Assembly (NCBI GenBank): GCA_050693035.1
Contig: JBOGWB010000086.1
Coordinates: 1,640 to 65,639, forward strand
Origin: Actinomycetota bacterium
Lineage (GTDB): Bacteria; Actinomycetota; UBA4738; CALAEC01
Length of the DNA stretch: 64,000 nucleotides
Direction of reading: 5' to 3'
A program made the translations under genes and the position numbers. Shown in pieces: positions 61,929-64,000 of the stretch (position 1 is the first letter of the stretch; each line of letters begins with the position of its first letter). The notes beneath the pieces were generated by a model that searched no databases, was not told the origin of the DNA, and saw only the letters and a program-made list of their open reading frames with translations.

Positions 61929-63143
61929 GTGGCCATGCTCGGGCGCGTCGACGAACTGATCCGCCGGACCCCGGCCACCCGCGACCGGTACATGGACTTC
62001 CTCCGGGCCTTCAGCATCCTCGTCGTGGTCTTCGGCCACTGGCTGATCGGGATGATCTACTGGCGCGATGGCGTCATCGGGACCAGGAGCGCCATCGGCG
62101 TGACGAATTGGGCGTGGGCCCTCACCTGGCTGCTCCAGGTCATGCCGATCTTCTTCTTCGTCGGCGGATTCTCGAACTACGTGACGCTTCGGTCGGCCCG
62201 CCGCGAGGGCCTGTCCACGTGGAGCTGGACCCGAACCCGCCTGATGCGACTCTTCGCCCCCAGCCTGATCTTCATCGGTGTGTGGGTCGTGATCCAGGTC
62301 GTGCTGCACCTCGGCGACGTTGGCGCCCAGACCACACCCTTCCTCCGAGGGGTGCGTCCCCCTGGGGCGACCGTCCCCTTCGGGCCACTGTGGTTCCTCG
62401 GGTTGTACGCCGTTGTGCTTCTCGTCGCGCCGGTGATGATCCGTCTGCACGATCGGTTCGGCCTCGCCGTTCCGGCCGTGATGGTCCTTGGGACCGTGGC
62501 CATGGACGCGCTCGGCTTCGTGGCCGGCCTCAAGGGCTTCCGGTACCTCAACGTCGTGTTCGTCATGTTCCTGCCCCACCAGCTCGGGTTCTTCTACGCC
62601 GACGGTCGGCTCCGCGGGCTGCCTCGAAGGGCGCACGCGGCCATGGCTCTCTCCGGACTCGTCACCCTGCTCCTCCTGACGAACCCGATCTTCGGAGAGA
62701 TGGGCGACCGATGGTTCCCGGGCGTCGGGCACTACCCGAAGAGTCTTCTTGGGACCGACGTCGAGCCGATCAGCAACGCCTACCCCCCCACGATCTGCTT
62801 CATGGCAATGGTCTTCTGGTCGATCGGCGTGGTGATGCTCCTGCGGGAACGGGCGACGCGGTGGCTCCAGCGAGAGGGCCCGTGGAAGTTCACGATCGTC
62901 GTGAACAGCGTGATCATGACGCTGTTCCTGTGGCACATGACGGCGTACCTGATCGCCATCCTCCTGCTCTGGCCGCTGGGCCTTGGACAGACCGACGCCA
63001 CGGAGCTCCGCTGGTGGCTCGAACGGCCGATCTGGATCGCGGTGCCCGGGGCCATCCTCCTGGGGCTGATCGTGGTGCTCGGTCGCTTCGAACGCCCGGC
63101 TGCCTTACGGCGAAAGGCCCCCCTCCGAAGGGCCGGGGGCTGA
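61929..63143 (+). CDS. Acyltransferase family 3 integral membrane protein
   Basis: 404-aa ORF with 10 or more hydrophobic helices. The N-terminal motif RDRYMDFLRAFSILVVVFGHW and then MPIFFFVGGF are typical of acyltransferase_3 (OafA-like) proteins. Confidence 0.8.
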   Translation: MAMLGRVDELIRRTPATRDRYMDFLRAFSILVVVFGHWLIGMIYWRDGVIGTRSAIGVTNWAWALTWLLQVMPIFFFVGGFSNYVTLRSARREGLSTWSWTRTRLMRLFAPSLIFIGVWVVIQVVLHLGDVGAQTTPFLRGVRPPGATVPFGPLWFLGLYAVVLLVAPVMIRLHDRFGLAVPAVMVLGTVAMDALGFVAGLKGFRYLNVVFVMFLPHQLGFFYADGRLRGLPRRAHAAMALSGLVTLLLLTNPIFGEMGDRWFPGVGHYPKSLLGTDVEPISNAYPPTICFMAMVFWSIGVVMLLRERATRWLQREGPWKFTIVVNSVIMTLFLWHMTAYLIAILLLWPLGLGQTDATELRWWLERPIWIAVPGAILLGLIVVLGRFERPAALRRKAPLRRAGG

Positions 63144-63168
63144 CCGAGGACGAGCCCGGCTTCTGCGG

Positions 63169-64000
63169 CTACGTGAGGTGGGGAGGAGGCCGGTCCGGAT
63201 CGATGTCGTAGCGCTTGATCGCCTCCGCCACGGCCTCGGGCTTCGCGTCGCCCAGGTCCGCCAGGGCGGAGAGTGTTGCCACGACGACGTGCTCCGCGTC
63301 GATCTCGAAGAACCGGCGAAGCGCCTCTCGGGTATCCGATCGGCCGAACCCATCGGTCCCGAGGGGCAGGAACGGCTGATGGACCCAACGGGAGATGAGG
63401 TCAGGCACCGCCTTCATCAGGTCGCTCACCGCGATGATGGGGCCCTCCGCCCCTTCCAGCGTGTCTGTCACGAACGGGATCCGCTTGGCCTCCTCGGGGT
63501 GGAGGCGGTTCCACCGCTCGGTCTCCAGCCCATCCAGTCGCAACAGGGGGTAGGAGGTGGCGCTCCACACGTCGACGGCCACGTCGTGATGCTCGGAGAG
63601 GAGCTCCTGTGCCCTGAGCGCGTGCTGGATCATGGGTCCCGACGCCAGGATCTGGGCTCGGAGGGTCCGCTCCTCGGGGGCCGGTCGGAAGCGATAGAGC
63701 CCCTTGAGGATTCCTTCCTCGATACCCTCGGGCATGGCCTCCTGCGGGTACGGCTCGTTGTAGAGGGCGAGGTAGTACATGACGTCCTCGCTCTCCTCGT
63801 ACATCCGCCGGAGCCCGTCCCGGACGATCACGGCGACCTCGTACGCCCAGGCCGGGTCGTAGGTCCGTACGGCTGGATTCGTGATCGAGATCAGGACGGA
63901 GTGACCGTCCTGGTGCTGGAGGCCCTCGCCGAGCAGCGTGGTCCGGCCGTGGGTGGCGCCCATGAGGAACCCCCGGGTTCGCTGGTCCCCCGCGGACCAG
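63169..64000 (-). CDS. aceE: Pyruvate dehydrogenase E1 component (homodimeric type), C-terminal part; 5' end outside window
   Basis: The frame stays open beyond the track ORF start (63963) to the window edge: ...[34 protein letters not shown].... Then [23 protein letters not shown] and [22 protein letters not shown], as in AceE. Confidence 0.88.
   Translation of the reverse strand, partial: [276 protein letters not shown]

Overview
This is a 64-kb, very GC-rich chromosomal segment. Hand counts give about 78% GC in a typical gene stretch (2881-2940) against 43% in the island stretch 4081-4140. The gene content looks like Actinomycetota: an LLM/F420-type oxidoreductase, a MoxR-DUF58 cluster, a MoaD-MoaE fusion, ECF sigma modules and a GerMN lipoprotein. 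I support about 70 features, and the genes are tightly packed with many ATGA/GTGA/TGATG start-stop overlaps.

Layout:
- 1-3.3 kb: the end of an ABC ATPase gene and a giant FtsX-type permease.
- 3.3-7.1 kb: a clearly lower-GC island. It carries a six-gene operon encoding a Swt1-type HEPN protein, a wHTH-Schlafen/AlbA_2 protein and four paralogous mini-HTH proteins, followed by an atypical family-4-like uracil-DNA glycosylase. This is my top candidate for an undescribed defence or toxin-antitoxin-like system.
- 7-16 kb: two ECF sigma modules with anti-sigma-like partners, a GerMN lipoprotein, a GH16-like protein and a BNR-repeat protein.
- 16-23.3 kb: a conserved cluster of membrane protein, DUF4129, DUF4350, MoxR, DUF58, SpoIIM-like and RDD genes. 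The DUF4350 gene is apparently frameshifted.
- 23-34 kb: metabolic genes (MFS, GATase, GH15, sthA, double-hotdog thioesterase, CapA, thrC).
- 34.3-34.8 kb: an ArsR/SmtB regulator, a repeat/palindrome operator and a 24-codon Cys-rich ORF absent from the ORF track.
- 35-39 kb: two sulfite-oxidase-family Mo enzymes and a PLP decarboxylase.
- 39.3-61.9 kb: molybdenum-cofactor maturation genes (mocA, xdhC, a MoaB-XdhC fusion, a MoaD-MoaE fusion, moeA, moaC) joined to a purine-catabolism cluster resembling the E. coli ygeW-xdhD region. That cluster holds ygeY, xdhD, ssnA, FAD/FeS/Mo hydroxylase subunits, an amidohydrolase, ygeW and adenine deaminase.
- 62-64 kb: an acyltransferase and the 3' part of aceE.

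I could not recognise any rRNA, tRNA, CRISPR array, transposase or integrase by eye. Most long track ORFs lying antisense or out of frame to the genes listed are GC-driven artefacts. All family assignments come from reading motifs, not from searches.
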